A program made the translations under genes and the position numbers. The notes beneath the pieces were generated by a model. The model made no database searches. It saw only the letters and a program-made list of their open reading frames with translations, and had not been told where the DNA came from. This document shows, in pieces, positions 30,787 through 41,540 of a stretch of 64,000 nt of DNA (the first letter of the stretch is position 1; every line of letters starts with the position of its first letter). This DNA is from an uncultured Gammaproteobacteria bacterium. GTDB taxonomy: Bacteria; Pseudomonadota; Gammaproteobacteria; DRLM01. The DNA lies in assembly GCA_963729605.1 (NCBI GenBank), contig CAVSNY010000003.1:192001-256000 (forward strand), in the 5' to 3' direction.

Positions 30787-31731
30787 ATGACCCCATTACG
30801 TGATTACGCCGAACTCGGTCAGTTCATCCCGCTGCATTACCACTACAATATGCTCAACGATACCGCGCGTATGCAGGGTTTCAAGGCCGCTTTGGACCAC
30901 GTGGTGCGCCCGGGTGCGCGGGTCTTGGAGTTGGGCGGCGGCACCGGGGTGTTGTCGCATTTCGCGGCTCGCCGAGCGGCCAAGGTGTGGTGCGTGGAAC
31001 GCAATCCGGAATTGGCGGCCAAGGCCCGCGAGATTCTGGCGCTGAATCCCTATGGTAAAAAGATAGAAGTGGTCGAGGCCGATGCCTTTGACTATCTCCC
31101 GCCGGAACCGGTGGATGTGGTGATTTGTGAAATGCTGCATGTGGCGATGTTGCGGGAGAAACAGTTGGCGGTGATCAGCGCCTTTAAAGAGCGTTATCTT
31201 AAAAAATTTGGCGGCCCCTTGCCGGTGTTCGTGCCCGAGGCGTTTATTCAAGCGGTGCAACCGGTGCAGCAGGATTTTCATTTCGAGGATTATTACGCCC
31301 CCACCATTTTGTTTCAGGATCCCACCGCCGTGCAGAACAAGACCTGTGAGCTGGCGGCACCGGCGATATATCAGCTTACCTCCTATGATGAAGCCTATCC
31401 GCTGAACTGCGCTTGGGACGGGGTGATCGATATCGACCGATCGGGTACGCTCAATGCCTTGCGCTTCGTCACCAAAAATATTTTGACGATCGTTATCGAG
31501 GAACGACGCACCGTCGATTGGCACAATCAATATTTGATCGTGCCTCTGCAAGAACCGTTGACGGTTGAGACGGGTGATCGTCTCCATCTTCACTTTGATT
31601 ATCCGGCGGGCGGGTCGTTTGCGGCCCTCACGGCTTCTTTGCTGACCGCCGTCGAGGTGCAGACCCGGCGTGATATGCCGTTCAGTCCGCAACGTGCCGC
31701 GGCGGAGCCGCGTACCGCGGTGCGGCAATAA
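30787..31731 (+). CDS. class I SAM-dependent methyltransferase, PRMT-like architecture
   Basis: HYNMLNDTARMQGF, VLELGGGTG, VDVVICEM, C-terminal beta domain. Confidence 0.85.
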   Translation: MTPLRDYAELGQFIPLHYHYNMLNDTARMQGFKAALDHVVRPGARVLELGGGTGVLSHFAARRAAKVWCVERNPELAAKAREILALNPYGKKIEVVEADAFDYLPPEPVDVVICEMLHVAMLREKQLAVISAFKERYLKKFGGPLPVFVPEAFIQAVQPVQQDFHFEDYYAPTILFQDPTAVQNKTCELAAPAIYQLTSYDEAYPLNCAWDGVIDIDRSGTLNALRFVTKNILTIVIEERRTVDWHNQYLIVPLQEPLTVETGDRLHLHFDYPAGGSFAALTASLLTAVEVQTRRDMPFSPQRAAAEPRTAVRQ

Positions 31732-31784
31732 GCCGGAATGGTTGAGTGTGTAAGTGAGAGGAAGTGAACGATCAGACTTCCCAA

Positions 31785-31824
31785 TTCCCGCCGCCCGCCT
31801 CATTAATGAAGAGGGCGGCGGGAA
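31785..31824. terminator. GC-rich hairpin after the methyltransferase gene
   Basis: TTCCCGCCGCCC...GGGCGGCGGGAA 12-bp stem; no clear U tract. Confidence 0.45.
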
Positions 31825-31859
31825 GTGCGGTATCTGATGGCCGACAATCAAACCTCGTC

Positions 31860-31889
31860 TTGACAGCGTTCGTCGGAGCTGGTTAAAGT
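31860..31889 (+). promoter_or_regulatory. candidate sigma70 promoter for leader-leuA
   Basis: TTGACA-18 bp-TAAAGT. Confidence 0.45.
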
Positions 31890-31940
31890 GGTTACGAAAT
31901 CTACCGGATTAAACGTTCGATATAACCGAATTTAAAGACC

Positions 31941-32051
31941 ATGGCCCGTACCGAGCACACTGTTTTTTCTCTCACCTCCGCCACGGCGGGGGTGTTGCGC
32001 GTGCGTGCCGGCCTCCTGCTTGCCCTGCTGCCCCGCCTGCGACTGCCGTAA
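31941..32051 (+). CDS. leucine-rich leader peptide (36 aa)
   Basis: MARTEHTVFSLTSATAGVLRVRAGLLLALLPRLRLP*; 7 Leu in the last 12 codons; directly upstream of leuA. Confidence 0.75.
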   Translation: MARTEHTVFSLTSATAGVLRVRAGLLLALLPRLRLP

Positions 32052-32189
32052 GGCAGACATACCTCCTTCAAGGTCCCACGCGGACCTATCCAGTTGATCC
32101 ACTTGAGCGTACCGCATCTGCGGCGGACCCGCTGCGTTGCCGCGGCGGGGGCGCTCCGGTAACATGTCGCTAGCGTTTTGGAGACCACC

Positions 32190-33725
32190 ATGAAAGACAA
32201 ATTATTTATTTTCGACACCACCTTGCGCGACGGCGAGCAGAGCCCCGGCGCCTCCATGACCAAAGAGGAGAAGCTGCGGGTGGCCAAGGCCCTGGAGCGG
32301 ATGGGGGTGGATATCATCGAGGCGGGTTTTCCCGTGGCCAGTGTCGGCGACTTCGAGGCGGTGCAGGCGGTGGCCAGGGCGGTCACCGAGAGTACGGTGT
32401 GCGGTCTGGCCCGCGCGGTGGACAAGGACATCGACCGCGCCGCCGAGGCGCTCAAAGGGGCGAACTCGGCGCGCATCCACACCTTCATCGCCACCTCGCC
32501 CATCCACATGAAGATGAAATTGCGCATGGAGCCCGATCAAGTGGTGGAGCAGGCGGTGCGGGCGGTGAAGCGGGCGCGCCAGCACACCGACAACGTGGAA
32601 TTTTCGCCGGAGGATGCCGGACGATCCGAGATCGATTTTCTCTGCCGGGTCATCGAAGCGGTCATCGACGCCGGCGCCCGCACCATCAATATCCCCGACA
32701 CCGTGGGCTACGCCATGCCCCATCAATTCGGCGAGTTGATCCGGCAGTTGATCGAGCGTGTGCCTAATGCGGGAAAGGCGGTTTTTTCCGTGCACTGTCA
32801 CAACGACCTCGGTTTGGCGGTGGCCAATTCCCTGTCGGCGGTGATGAACGGCGCGCGGCAGGTGGAATGCACCATCAACGGTCTGGGCGAGCGGGCGGGC
32901 AACGCGGCGCTCGAAGAAATAGTGATGTCGGTGCGCACCCGGCAGGACGTGTTCCCCTGTCGGATCGATTTGGACAGCACGCAGATCGTTGCGTGCAGCC
33001 GTTTGGTCTCGAGTATCACCGGCTTCGCGGTACAGCCCAATAAGGCCATCGTCGGCGCCAATGCCTTCGCCCACGAATCCGGCATTCATCAGGACGGTGT
33101 GCTCAAGAGCCGCGAGACCTACGAAATCATGCGCGCGCAAGACGTGGGCTGGAGCGCCAACCGCATGGTGTTGGGCAAACACTCGGGGCGCAACGCCTTC
33201 CGCACCCGCTTAAAGGAACTCGGCATCGACTTCGTCTCGGAAGAGGAGCTCAACAGCGCCTTCGTGCGTTTCAAAGAACTCGCCGATAAAAAACACGAAA
33301 TTTACGATGAGGATTTGCAGGCCTTGGTGACGGACACCAACTTGGCGGCGGAGAATGAACACATCAAACTGGTTTATTCCAAGGTCTGTTCCGAGACCGG
33401 CGAGATCCCGGAGGCGGCGGTGACCCTGTGGATCGACGGTGTGGAGAAGCAGGCGGTGGCGCGCGGCGACGGTCCGGTGGACGCCACCTTCAAAGCCATC
33501 GAGTCCATGGTGCAGAGCGGTGCTAATTTGTTGCTCTACTCGGTGAATGCCATCACCAGCGGTACCGATTCGCAGGGTGAAGTGACGGTGCGGGTGGAGA
33601 AGGCCGGGCGCATCGTCAACGGCCAGGGCGCGGACACTGACATCGTCATCGCCTCGGCCAAGGCCTATATTCACGCCTTGAATAAGATGCTCGCACCGGC
33701 GGAACGCGCCCACCCGCAGCTGTAA
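32190..33725 (+). CDS. leuA: 2-isopropylmalate synthase
   Basis: [31 protein letters not shown], regulatory domain GDGPVDA. Confidence 0.98.
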   Translation: MKDKLFIFDTTLRDGEQSPGASMTKEEKLRVAKALERMGVDIIEAGFPVASVGDFEAVQAVARAVTESTVCGLARAVDKDIDRAAEALKGANSARIHTFIATSPIHMKMKLRMEPDQVVEQAVRAVKRARQHTDNVEFSPEDAGRSEIDFLCRVIEAVIDAGARTINIPDTVGYAMPHQFGELIRQLIERVPNAGKAVFSVHCHNDLGLAVANSLSAVMNGARQVECTINGLGERAGNAALEEIVMSVRTRQDVFPCRIDLDSTQIVACSRLVSSITGFAVQPNKAIVGANAFAHESGIHQDGVLKSRETYEIMRAQDVGWSANRMVLGKHSGRNAFRTRLKELGIDFVSEEELNSAFVRFKELADKKHEIYDEDLQALVTDTNLAAENEHIKLVYSKVCSETGEIPEAAVTLWIDGVEKQAVARGDGPVDATFKAIESMVQSGANLLLYSVNAITSGTDSQGEVTVRVEKAGRIVNGQGADTDIVIASAKAYIHALNKMLAPAERAHPQL

Positions 33726-33728
33726 GTT

Positions 33729-34460
33729 ATGGCCAATCCGCCCGATCATACGTGTCGTTCCCGCTACCTGGATGCCATGGGCATTCAGGAGTGGGTGCGG
33801 CGCGATGAGGGCGGCCGTGATCCCTTAACGGTGTCCGTCAACGACGAGGCGGCCGCGGCGGTGAAAACGGCGGCTCGGGCCGGGGACGAAATCGCCGTGC
33901 TCGATTGGGAGCCGTTGCGTGAGCGGGTGCTGACGTGTACCAAATGCCCTTTGCACAAAGGCCGCACCCAGGCGGTGTTCGGGGTGGGGAATCGCAAGGC
34001 GCAGTGGCTGATCATCGGCGAGGCGCCGGGGGCCGATGAAGACCGCCAAGGTGAACCGTTCGTGGGACGCGCCGGCAAGCTGCTCAATAATATGTTGCTG
34101 GCGGTCGGCTTGCGGCGTGAAGAGGTGTACATCGCCAACATCGTCAAATGCCGTCCGCCCAATAACCGCGATCCACAACCGGAAGAGGCTCAGAGTTGTG
34201 AGTCTTATTTACAGCGGCAGATCGCGCTAATTCAACCTAGGCTCATCCTCGCGCTGGGACGGATCGCCGCGCAAAATCTGTTGAAGACCACCGAAGCGGT
34301 CGGCGCCTTGCGCGGCAAGCGTCTGCATTATGCTGATGCCGGTATTCCCCTCGTCGTCACGTATCATCCCGCCTATCTGTTGCGCTCGCCTCGAGAAAAG
34401 CGCAAGGCTTGGCACGACCTGCAACTCGCTCGCGAGATTGTGGCGACGAGCTCCCATTAA
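33729..34460 (+). CDS. family-4 uracil-DNA glycosylase
   Basis: [31 protein letters not shown]. Confidence 0.93.
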   Translation: MANPPDHTCRSRYLDAMGIQEWVRRDEGGRDPLTVSVNDEAAAAVKTAARAGDEIAVLDWEPLRERVLTCTKCPLHKGRTQAVFGVGNRKAQWLIIGEAPGADEDRQGEPFVGRAGKLLNNMLLAVGLRREEVYIANIVKCRPPNNRDPQPEEAQSCESYLQRQIALIQPRLILALGRIAAQNLLKTTEAVGALRGKRLHYADAGIPLVVTYHPAYLLRSPREKRKAWHDLQLAREIVATSSH

Positions 34461-34467
34461 ATCAGCC

Positions 34468-34944
34468 GTGGCGATCGTCCTGTCATCCGATGGATCTCCC
34501 GAGGCCGTGCGCCTGCGACGCATGGATGAACGCGATTTGGCGGCGGTGATGGCCATTGAAGTGCGCGCCTATGAATTCCCGTGGACTGAAACCAATTTTC
34601 GGGATTGTCTGCGGTCCGGCTATTATTGCCGTGTTTTGGAAGCCGAAGGGCAGATACTCGGTTATGCGGTTATGTCGGCGGGGGCGGGCGAGGCGCATAT
34701 TCTGAATCTATGTGTCCGCCCCGAGTCGCGCGGCCGGGGTTATGGGCGGACATTGCTCATCGAGGTGATCGACCATGCCCGCCGACTCGGTGCCGACATG
34801 TTATTTCTCGAAGTGAGGCCTTCCAACGAGGCGGCGCGTTGGTTATATGAAAGGCTGGATTTCAACGAAGTGGGCGTGCGTAAAAATTATTACCCAACTC
34901 GTACCGGCCGGGAGGATGCGTTGATTTTGGCGCGTCACTTGTAG
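34468..34944 (+). CDS. rimI: ribosomal protein S18 alanine N-acetyltransferase
   Basis: FPW, EAHILNLCV, RGRGYG, LEVRPSN, RKNYY, REDAL; start approximate. Confidence 0.92.
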   Translation: MAIVLSSDGSPEAVRLRRMDERDLAAVMAIEVRAYEFPWTETNFRDCLRSGYYCRVLEAEGQILGYAVMSAGAGEAHILNLCVRPESRGRGYGRTLLIEVIDHARRLGADMLFLEVRPSNEAARWLYERLDFNEVGVRKNYYPTRTGREDALILARHL

Positions 34945-35240
34945 CGTCGCGGCCCTGGCGGCATTGATTGCTTTCCCGGTCATATGGAGTATCTCCGCCT
35001 AGCCACTGCGGCAGCCCGGAAATTTTTAAGATTAAATATCATTGTTTATAATTACTTATGACCTTCTTCGCCAATTAATCATAAAAAAACTAAATTCTAA
35101 TATATAGGGGTTTATTGCAATAGCGGGTTCAGGTGCGATTGACTATAGTCGGCCGTGCCCTGCAGTTTGAAGGGTCTTATGGGGAAATCAACAAACCCGT
35201 TTACGGGTGATAACTATGATGATGGGATGAGGTCGTTTGT

Positions 35241-35447
35241 ATGCGTACTGGTACAGTAAAGTGGTTCAATAATGCAAAAGGTTACGGTTTCATTGCACCT
35301 GAAGATGGCAGTGAAGACGTATTTGTGCATTTCAGCGCAATTCAAGGTGACGGTTTTCGGACATTGGCCGAAGGACAACATGTCAACTTCGAAGTTGAAG
35401 CAGGTCCCAAGGGTTTGCATGCTGTTGCTGTAAATATGGTTAATTAA
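35241..35447 (+). CDS. cold-shock protein
   Basis: GTVKWFN, KGYGFI (RNP1), VFVHFS (RNP2); AT-rich upstream region. Confidence 0.96.
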   Translation: MRTGTVKWFNNAKGYGFIAPEDGSEDVFVHFSAIQGDGFRTLAEGQHVNFEVEAGPKGLHAVAVNMVN

Positions 35448-35795
35448 TGCTTTGAGCCGGTCTTCTCCGGACAGCGATTCAAGTGGGTTGAGTCGCTTGA
35501 AGCATATGAGCCTTGAACCGTTTTCTCGGTAAGGAATGCTTGCGGTTTTTCCTTGCCTGAGAAAAGCTATCGCTGTCCCAATTTTTTATCCCTGGCCTAT
35601 ATCAGTCGGATGACTGAAACTCGTATCAAGGTATAATCTTGTGCGCATGTATTCGTCAGCCGCTTTTATATCTGAAAATTCCCGCGGCTGCCTCGGGCGC
35701 GGGACCAGGCGATGGGGCGTGGTTCTCCGTTGAGCAGACGGAGGATTCATTTCCCGCGCGAAGTCAGACAATTTAATATTATCGCGACCAGCCAG

Positions 35796-36527
35796 ATGTC
35801 CATTGTTCCCCCCCTTGATTTGCCATCGTTCACCGTCCGAATTAGTCCACGCGCCAAACGGTTGTTACTTAAAGTATCACCGCTAGGGCAGATTGAAGTT
35901 GTCGCGCCGCGGCGGGTTGATCCTATGGCAATCCACGTGTTTGTGCAAAGTCATCATCAATGGCTGCGGCGGACCCTTGCCTGTTTGGAAGCAGAGCGTA
36001 GGCAATACCATGCTGATGAGGCGGCTTTGCCTTCGCGGATTGAGTTGCGCGCACTCGGCGAGAGCTGGTCGCTCGAGGTCATGCAGAATCCGGATACCGG
36101 GCCCGGCGGATCATCGCTAATCATACGCGATGGAAAATTATCGATTCGCGCCGCCGGCCATGACGCAACCGTCCGCGCGTTGCGTGCCTGGTTGCAGGCC
36201 TACGCCAAGCGATGCTTGGCCCCGTGGTTAAGGGAGATCAGCTTCGAGCTGGGCTTGCCGTTTCGTTCTTTAAGCGTGCGGGTACAGAAAAGTCGTTGGG
36301 GGAGCTGCTCTCATCTAGGCGCTATCAGTCTTAACCGCAATTTACTTTTTTTGCCGCCGCATCTTGTTCGTCATGTGATGTTGCATGAACTTTGTCACAC
36401 GGTACATTTAAATCACAGCGGCCGATATTGGCGGCTGGTGCGGCGTCATGAGCCATGTTATGAGGCCCATGAACGCGAATTACGGCATGGCGATCGTTAT
36501 ATCCCCGCGTGGGCCTTTCCGAAATAA
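35796..36527 (+). CDS. YgjP/DUF45 (SprT-like) metal-dependent hydrolase
   Basis: QKSRWGSCS, HELCH, NHS..YW. Confidence 0.88.
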   Translation: MSIVPPLDLPSFTVRISPRAKRLLLKVSPLGQIEVVAPRRVDPMAIHVFVQSHHQWLRRTLACLEAERRQYHADEAALPSRIELRALGESWSLEVMQNPDTGPGGSSLIIRDGKLSIRAAGHDATVRALRAWLQAYAKRCLAPWLREISFELGLPFRSLSVRVQKSRWGSCSHLGAISLNRNLLFLPPHLVRHVMLHELCHTVHLNHSGRYWRLVRRHEPCYEAHERELRHGDRYIPAWAFPK

Positions 36528-36558
36528 GCCGCGTTATGTTTCGCGCAAATCGCCCGGA

Positions 36559-37302
36559 TCAATGGGTGGCCGTACGTCTGGGAAAACAAAGTTGATAAAA
36601 ACATACCAGCCATTGGAAAGCGAACGCCAGTCCCATTAGCCCGCCACCGACCATGACGACATAAGCGAAGCCAGTGGAGACTTTGGTGAGCCACCAGGAA
36701 GCAATATCGAGAAAGATGGCGACGAACGGCACGCAAATCACCACGATTTTCAAAGTCTGATTGCGCATATACGAATGACTGAAGATTAATCCCATCAAGG
36801 CGAAGATGAAGGTGAGTCCGAACAGATGAATGTGCGAGACTCGGACCAAGGTGCCGATGCTGACGCCGGTGTCCAGTTGAGCCAGGTTCTTGATTTCGGA
36901 AAAACTGGTCAGGGCTGGAATATGTGGGTTGGAACCATCATGGCAAGCTAAGCAGCGGGCCTCGACAATGGGTTTGACTTTGGTCTGATAGGTATCTTCA
37001 TTTCCACCGTTTCTCACCCATTCCACGATAGCAGCTCGTTCCTCCGCGGAGAGCATGCTACTCATGGGCCCTTTGAGCGCGATCTCCAAGCGTGTGTCGG
37101 ATTTACTGCCGCTGTACGCGATTTGGATGTCCTGTACCGAAAGAGAGGGGTTGCCATCGCGTCCCGCATGCACTTCATAGATCTGAATCATCGCGAAGAG
37201 ATACCCGATCCCCATGACCAGCAAAATATTGATGTAAAGCGCCTTCAAACTGGCGGGCAGTTCGTTGAACAAGGGATAACGGGGATGAGAATAACTGTTC
37301 AT
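36559..37302 (-). CDS. multi-pass membrane protein with a single c-type heme motif
   Basis: CLACH in the soluble loop after TM1; SHIHLFG plus three further hydrophobic helices. Confidence 0.8.
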   Translation of the reverse strand: MNSYSHPRYPLFNELPASLKALYINILLVMGIGYLFAMIQIYEVHAGRDGNPSLSVQDIQIAYSGSKSDTRLEIALKGPMSSMLSAEERAAIVEWVRNGGNEDTYQTKVKPIVEARCLACHDGSNPHIPALTSFSEIKNLAQLDTGVSIGTLVRVSHIHLFGLTFIFALMGLIFSHSYMRNQTLKIVVICVPFVAIFLDIASWWLTKVSTGFAYVVMVGGGLMGLAFAFQWLVCFYQLCFPRRTATH

Positions 37303-37599
37303 GGTTGGGTAGCCTCTTCAGGAGCCGATGCGTTTGCGCGCACTGAATCGATGAATTGTTGAATGGATGGGGATGCGGCCATGATGGATAAGGCAAGCGC
37401 CAAGCTTGTACTCCTTGGAAAAATGCGCTTGATTACGCAAACCCGGGTCCGCAAAGGGCGGTCATTATAATGGCAGCCACCGCGAAAGACCAAACGGGAT
37501 CACTCGACACGCAAGTCAGTACGATCAATCGGCTGACTTGACTGGCGCATTGCATCATTTGCAATTATCATTCCGGCGGTCGAATGTGAGGAGTAGAGA

Positions 37600-38238
37600 G
37601 TGGGTCCGATTGATAAATTGCTCGATGGGTATAAGCGGTTCCGCGATCAGTATTTCCATCAGGAACCGGAGTTGTTCGTCAATCTGGCCGCCCGCGGGCA
37701 GGCCCCCGCGGTGGCGGTGATCGCTTGCTGCGATTCACGGGTCGATCCAGCGATCATTATGGATTGTGAGCCCGGTGACTTGTTCATCATTCGCAACGTG
37801 GCCAATCTGATTCCGCCGTATGATCCGGACGGCCGGCACCATGGCACCAGCGCCGCTTTGGAATTTGCGGTGTGCGGTTTGAAGGTGAGTCACATCATCG
37901 TGATCGGCCATGCCCAGTGCGGGGGCATACGGGCCTTATTAAAGGGCGATGACGCCGGGCAGCCGGGGGATTTTGTCGCATCCTGGATGAGGATCGCCGA
38001 CGGGGCGCGGAATGAGACCCTCGGCAATCCCGCGTTAAAAACCGCCGATGAACGCGCACGCTACTGCGAACATGCGGCGATCCGTTCATCCTTGGATAAT
38101 CTATTGACCTTTCCCTGGATCAAGGAGCGGGTGGAACAGCGGCAGCTGTGCTGCCATGGCTGGTATTTCGATATCGGGTCAGGCGAGTTGTTGCGTTATG
38201 ATCCGCTTCGAGGTGCGTTTTTAACGCATCTGACCTGA
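37600..38238 (+). CDS. beta-class carbonic anhydrase
   Basis: GQAP, CCDSRV, RNVAN, GHAQCGG. Confidence 0.96.
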   Translation: MGPIDKLLDGYKRFRDQYFHQEPELFVNLAARGQAPAVAVIACCDSRVDPAIIMDCEPGDLFIIRNVANLIPPYDPDGRHHGTSAALEFAVCGLKVSHIIVIGHAQCGGIRALLKGDDAGQPGDFVASWMRIADGARNETLGNPALKTADERARYCEHAAIRSSLDNLLTFPWIKERVEQRQLCCHGWYFDIGSGELLRYDPLRGAFLTHLT

Positions 38239-38384
38239 TCCAATGCACCCGACGCGGGTGCGCGTTCATCATGGGTAAGCAAATGCCGGCCCGCTTCGAT
38301 CCTTTCACTTCGCTCACCCTCGAAGCCGGTATGACTGGCGAGGAAAATCCAACCCTAACGGCTTGCCGGCGTGATTTGTTGATA

Positions 38385-39038
38385 TCAATAGTGGCCGATC
38401 ACGCTTGGTGTTGGGGGGGCGCGGTGCACTATTTGTCGCGCCTCGGTATCCGTTAAATAACGCCACGGTATAGGGAAGAGGCCGGGCACCCGCCGTCGGT
38501 AAATACGGTAGGGTTCGCCGATGGTGGCGATGAGTTTGTTTTCCTCCAGGCGTGAACCGATCAGGAAATAGAGGCTGATTAAGATGGCGCTGGTTAACCA
38601 GGCCGGGTCCATGGCGCGAGTCCAGATGATGATTAACGCAAAGAAATACCACGGATGACGTACATAGCGATGGAGTGGCGAGATGTGGAAATAAACCGGT
38701 TCAGCAGGGTGCTGACGGCGGGTGTTCATGCCGAGGAATTCACCCATATCATAATGGCGCAACGACCAAGCGAAACCCGCCGCTGCTAATAAGGCGGCCG
38801 CATTGGTCAACCACCAGCTTATGCCTTGCCAAGTCCATAATGGCGGACCCGATGCATAATGCATTAAGGCGATGGGAGGCAGTAACAGAAGAACGGCGAG
38901 GACATTGTAGGCGAGCCGATAATAAGGCATGAAATCCAGCCAACGTTCACCTGCCCAGCGTTTAAATTTCAGAGAGGCCAGCGTGGAATGAATGACGAAA
39001 TAAATCAGCCAGGCTAACGCCAAACCAACTAACAACAT
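38385..39038 (-). CDS. membrane NnrU/isoprenylcysteine methyltransferase-like protein
   Basis: YFVIHSTLAS, YRLAYN, RYVRHPWY, LEE, YRIYRRRVP. Confidence 0.82.
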   Translation of the reverse strand: MLLVGLALAWLIYFVIHSTLASLKFKRWAGERWLDFMPYYRLAYNVLAVLLLLPPIALMHYASGPPLWTWQGISWWLTNAAALLAAAGFAWSLRHYDMGEFLGMNTRRQHPAEPVYFHISPLHRYVRHPWYFFALIIIWTRAMDPAWLTSAILISLYFLIGSRLEENKLIATIGEPYRIYRRRVPGLFPIPWRYLTDTEARQIVHRAPPTPSVIGHY

Positions 39039-39546
39039 AAAATCTTGTTCGTTAATAAACGGTGCTTGGACCATCCTTGTACCCAATGATGCCGGCGCGC
39101 CTAAGAGCTTCTCGCCGAATGCATCCATCCTATCGTTTAAATACCCTGCGGGCGGTTCGTGCTCCAATTAAATCATGGCCATCTGCTATCATGAAAAATA
39201 TTTTTATGCAAGGATTATCGAGAACATTGCCCTTGTTTGCTGTACTCAAGGCGAGGGACGCTGGTATACTGGCGCCAGTCTTATCGCTGCTTCGCCGATA
39301 CTCGGCCTTTTACGGCAGCGTTCAACCCCGCCGATACGCGGGAGAGCCCACGGAAATGGGCAACGGTTTGTCCCGTATGCAAGACCTGTATAGGGGATAT
39401 TGAGGGACATTCCCGGTTGCTACTCAGCCGGGCGTGTCTGATTTTCACGGTGGCGGCAGGCCAAAACGCGGGTGTTCGCGACATGGCCACACCGCCCGTA
39501 AAGTGACCCAACGAACTGATAGTTTCGTAGTGATGGAGGGTACACC

Positions 39547-40392
39547 GTGGCGCCGTGCGAAAAAAATGCACATGTTGAAACGCGTCTTTATCAAACCCAT
39601 GGCGGCTTAAAAGCGCTGTTGTTTGCCGCGCCGATCGCAATCGCCGCGGTGATCGCGCATTTCGTCGCGCCTAAACCGCTGGTCATGATGGCGAGTGAGG
39701 CATTTGCGAATTATTGCAACGCGGATGTCTTGGCCAGTAACGAGGATTTCGCCACCGGGGATCAGGCCGGATCACACGCCTTTTTTGACACTTCGTGGTT
39801 GCCGAACTTTCGTGATTTCGCCGCGGTAAGCAGTCATAGGGACAAGGGACAAACCTTTTGGAATCCCTTAGGTATGAGTTGGTTTACCGGTGAACAATTG
39901 GATTTGCTGAATCTCGCCTTTCAGGTCGGTTATGAAGACGGCGGCGAATCCCATGCTAAATTCTTGCAAGCGGTGTTGATGCAGGAAACCATCGCCGGGC
40001 AATTGGGCCGTTTGGGCCACCTGTCCGCGCCGATGGGTAAACGTTCTTATGGCGTGATGCAGGTGAAAGTGACGGCGGCGCGCGACGTATTGCGCCATAA
40101 ACCGGAGCTGGGTCACTTCCGCACCGATGAACAATTGATCGCGCGCTTGATCGCCGACGATGCATTCAATATGCGCATCGCCTCGGCCTATCTGAACTAT
40201 CTCCGTAAACGTTTCGGCAGCGATCATCAAGCCTTGGTGGCCTATAACGTGGGGCCCAGTGCGGCCAAAAACGTGGTGGACCCGACGCAATTCAAATATG
40301 TTCAGCGCGTCGAACTGTATATGTCCAAGGTGGTGGAACCCTTCAACGGTAAATTCCCCAACGAGACCGGCCGCGCCGCCAAAAAAGTGTAA
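39547..40392 (+). CDS. SLT-domain lytic transglycosylase-like exported protein
   Basis: LMQET, YGVMQV, AYNVGP, YV; N-terminal hydrophobic anchor; start uncertain. Confidence 0.82.
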   Translation: MAPCEKNAHVETRLYQTHGGLKALLFAAPIAIAAVIAHFVAPKPLVMMASEAFANYCNADVLASNEDFATGDQAGSHAFFDTSWLPNFRDFAAVSSHRDKGQTFWNPLGMSWFTGEQLDLLNLAFQVGYEDGGESHAKFLQAVLMQETIAGQLGRLGHLSAPMGKRSYGVMQVKVTAARDVLRHKPELGHFRTDEQLIARLIADDAFNMRIASAYLNYLRKRFGSDHQALVAYNVGPSAAKNVVDPTQFKYVQRVELYMSKVVEPFNGKFPNETGRAAKKV

Positions 40393-40410
40393 GCTTTCCG
40401 CCTTGCATTC

Positions 40411-40986
40411 TCAGAAGTAATCCGGCCCCTGGCCGGGCTTCCATTTGATATTGCAGCCCAGGCTGGGTATTTGTTGTCCGCTCACCGGTTTGCCCGCCAA
40501 CAGCGCGTCCGTCGCGGCGCGTAAATCCTGGCCGGTGACCGGAATGCCGTTGCCGGGACGGCTGTCGTCGAATTGCCCGCGATACACTAAGGCCCGCCGT
40601 TCATCGAATAGAAAAAAATCCGGTGTGCAGGCGGCGCGATAGGCCTTCGCCACTGCTTGGCTTTCGTCAAATAAATAAGGAAAACAATAACCCGCCTCGG
40701 CCGCTTCGGTCGCCATTTTTTCCGGCGCGTCCGCGGGATAATTCTCGGCGTCGTTGGCGTTGATCCCGACGATGGCTAAGCCTTTTCGTTGGTATTCCCG
40801 CGTGAAATCCGCCAGCACGCCGCGCAGGTGTTTTACATAGGGGCAGTGATTGCACATAAAGATCACCAGCAAGGCCGGCGCTGATTTAAAATCGTCGAGC
40901 GTGCGCCAGCGGCCTTCGGTGTCGGGCAGGCGAAACGACGGTGCGGCGGTGCCGAGTTCCAACATAGTGGACTGGGTGCGGGCCAT
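40411..40986 (-). CDS. thioredoxin-fold AhpC/TSA family protein
   Basis: CNHCPYV, AACTPDFF, SLGCNIKW. Confidence 0.93.
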   Translation of the reverse strand: MARTQSTMLELGTAAPSFRLPDTEGRWRTLDDFKSAPALLVIFMCNHCPYVKHLRGVLADFTREYQRKGLAIVGINANDAENYPADAPEKMATEAAEAGYCFPYLFDESQAVAKAYRAACTPDFFLFDERRALVYRGQFDDSRPGNGIPVTGQDLRAATDALLAGKPVSGQQIPSLGCNIKWKPGQGPDYF

Positions 40987-41110
40987 GCTAGTGTATCTCC
41001 GTAGTGGGCGCGGTAGGTTGATGAAGATGAAAAGTGTAATCGCGGGCCGGGCCGGTCACAAGCGTTGACGGGATTAAACCGAGTGAGCCGCGCGATGGAT
41101 CTGGCAATGA

Positions 41111-41368
41111 ATGACGGCGACTATGACGGGCGGCAGTGAAAATTTCCGGCGGGTCCGGTTTTCGTTGCGGATATCTCCCGACGTGTACCTTGCTTATTAT
41201 CAAGGGGTGGCGCGCGCCGTGGCGGTGAAGTCCTTCGATGGGCGCAACATTCAATTTCCCGCCAAGATTTTGCAGCAATTCGTGACCCGGGAAGGCGTCA
41301 ACGGGACATTTGAAATGGATTTTGACGCGAATAATAAATTCGTCGCCATCCGCCGCATCGGCGATTAA
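41111..41368 (+). CDS. DUF2835 family protein
   Basis: YLAYYQGVA, DGRNIQFPA, FVTREGVNGTF. Confidence 0.8.
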   Translation: MTATMTGGSENFRRVRFSLRISPDVYLAYYQGVARAVAVKSFDGRNIQFPAKILQQFVTREGVNGTFEMDFDANNKFVAIRRIGD

Positions 41369-41540
41369 CGGTCCTTACATCGGCTGTACTCATTCAGGTG
41401 GCGGAAGGCCGTCGCGTCGATTCATGATCACTGACGCGTAACGATGCGGACGCCCGTCTTTCTGATCGCCGGCTACGTCTCGGAGATGTTGCGCGCGGGC
41501 AGGCGGTGGGGTAGGGATGGAATCATCTACTCGACAGGTT

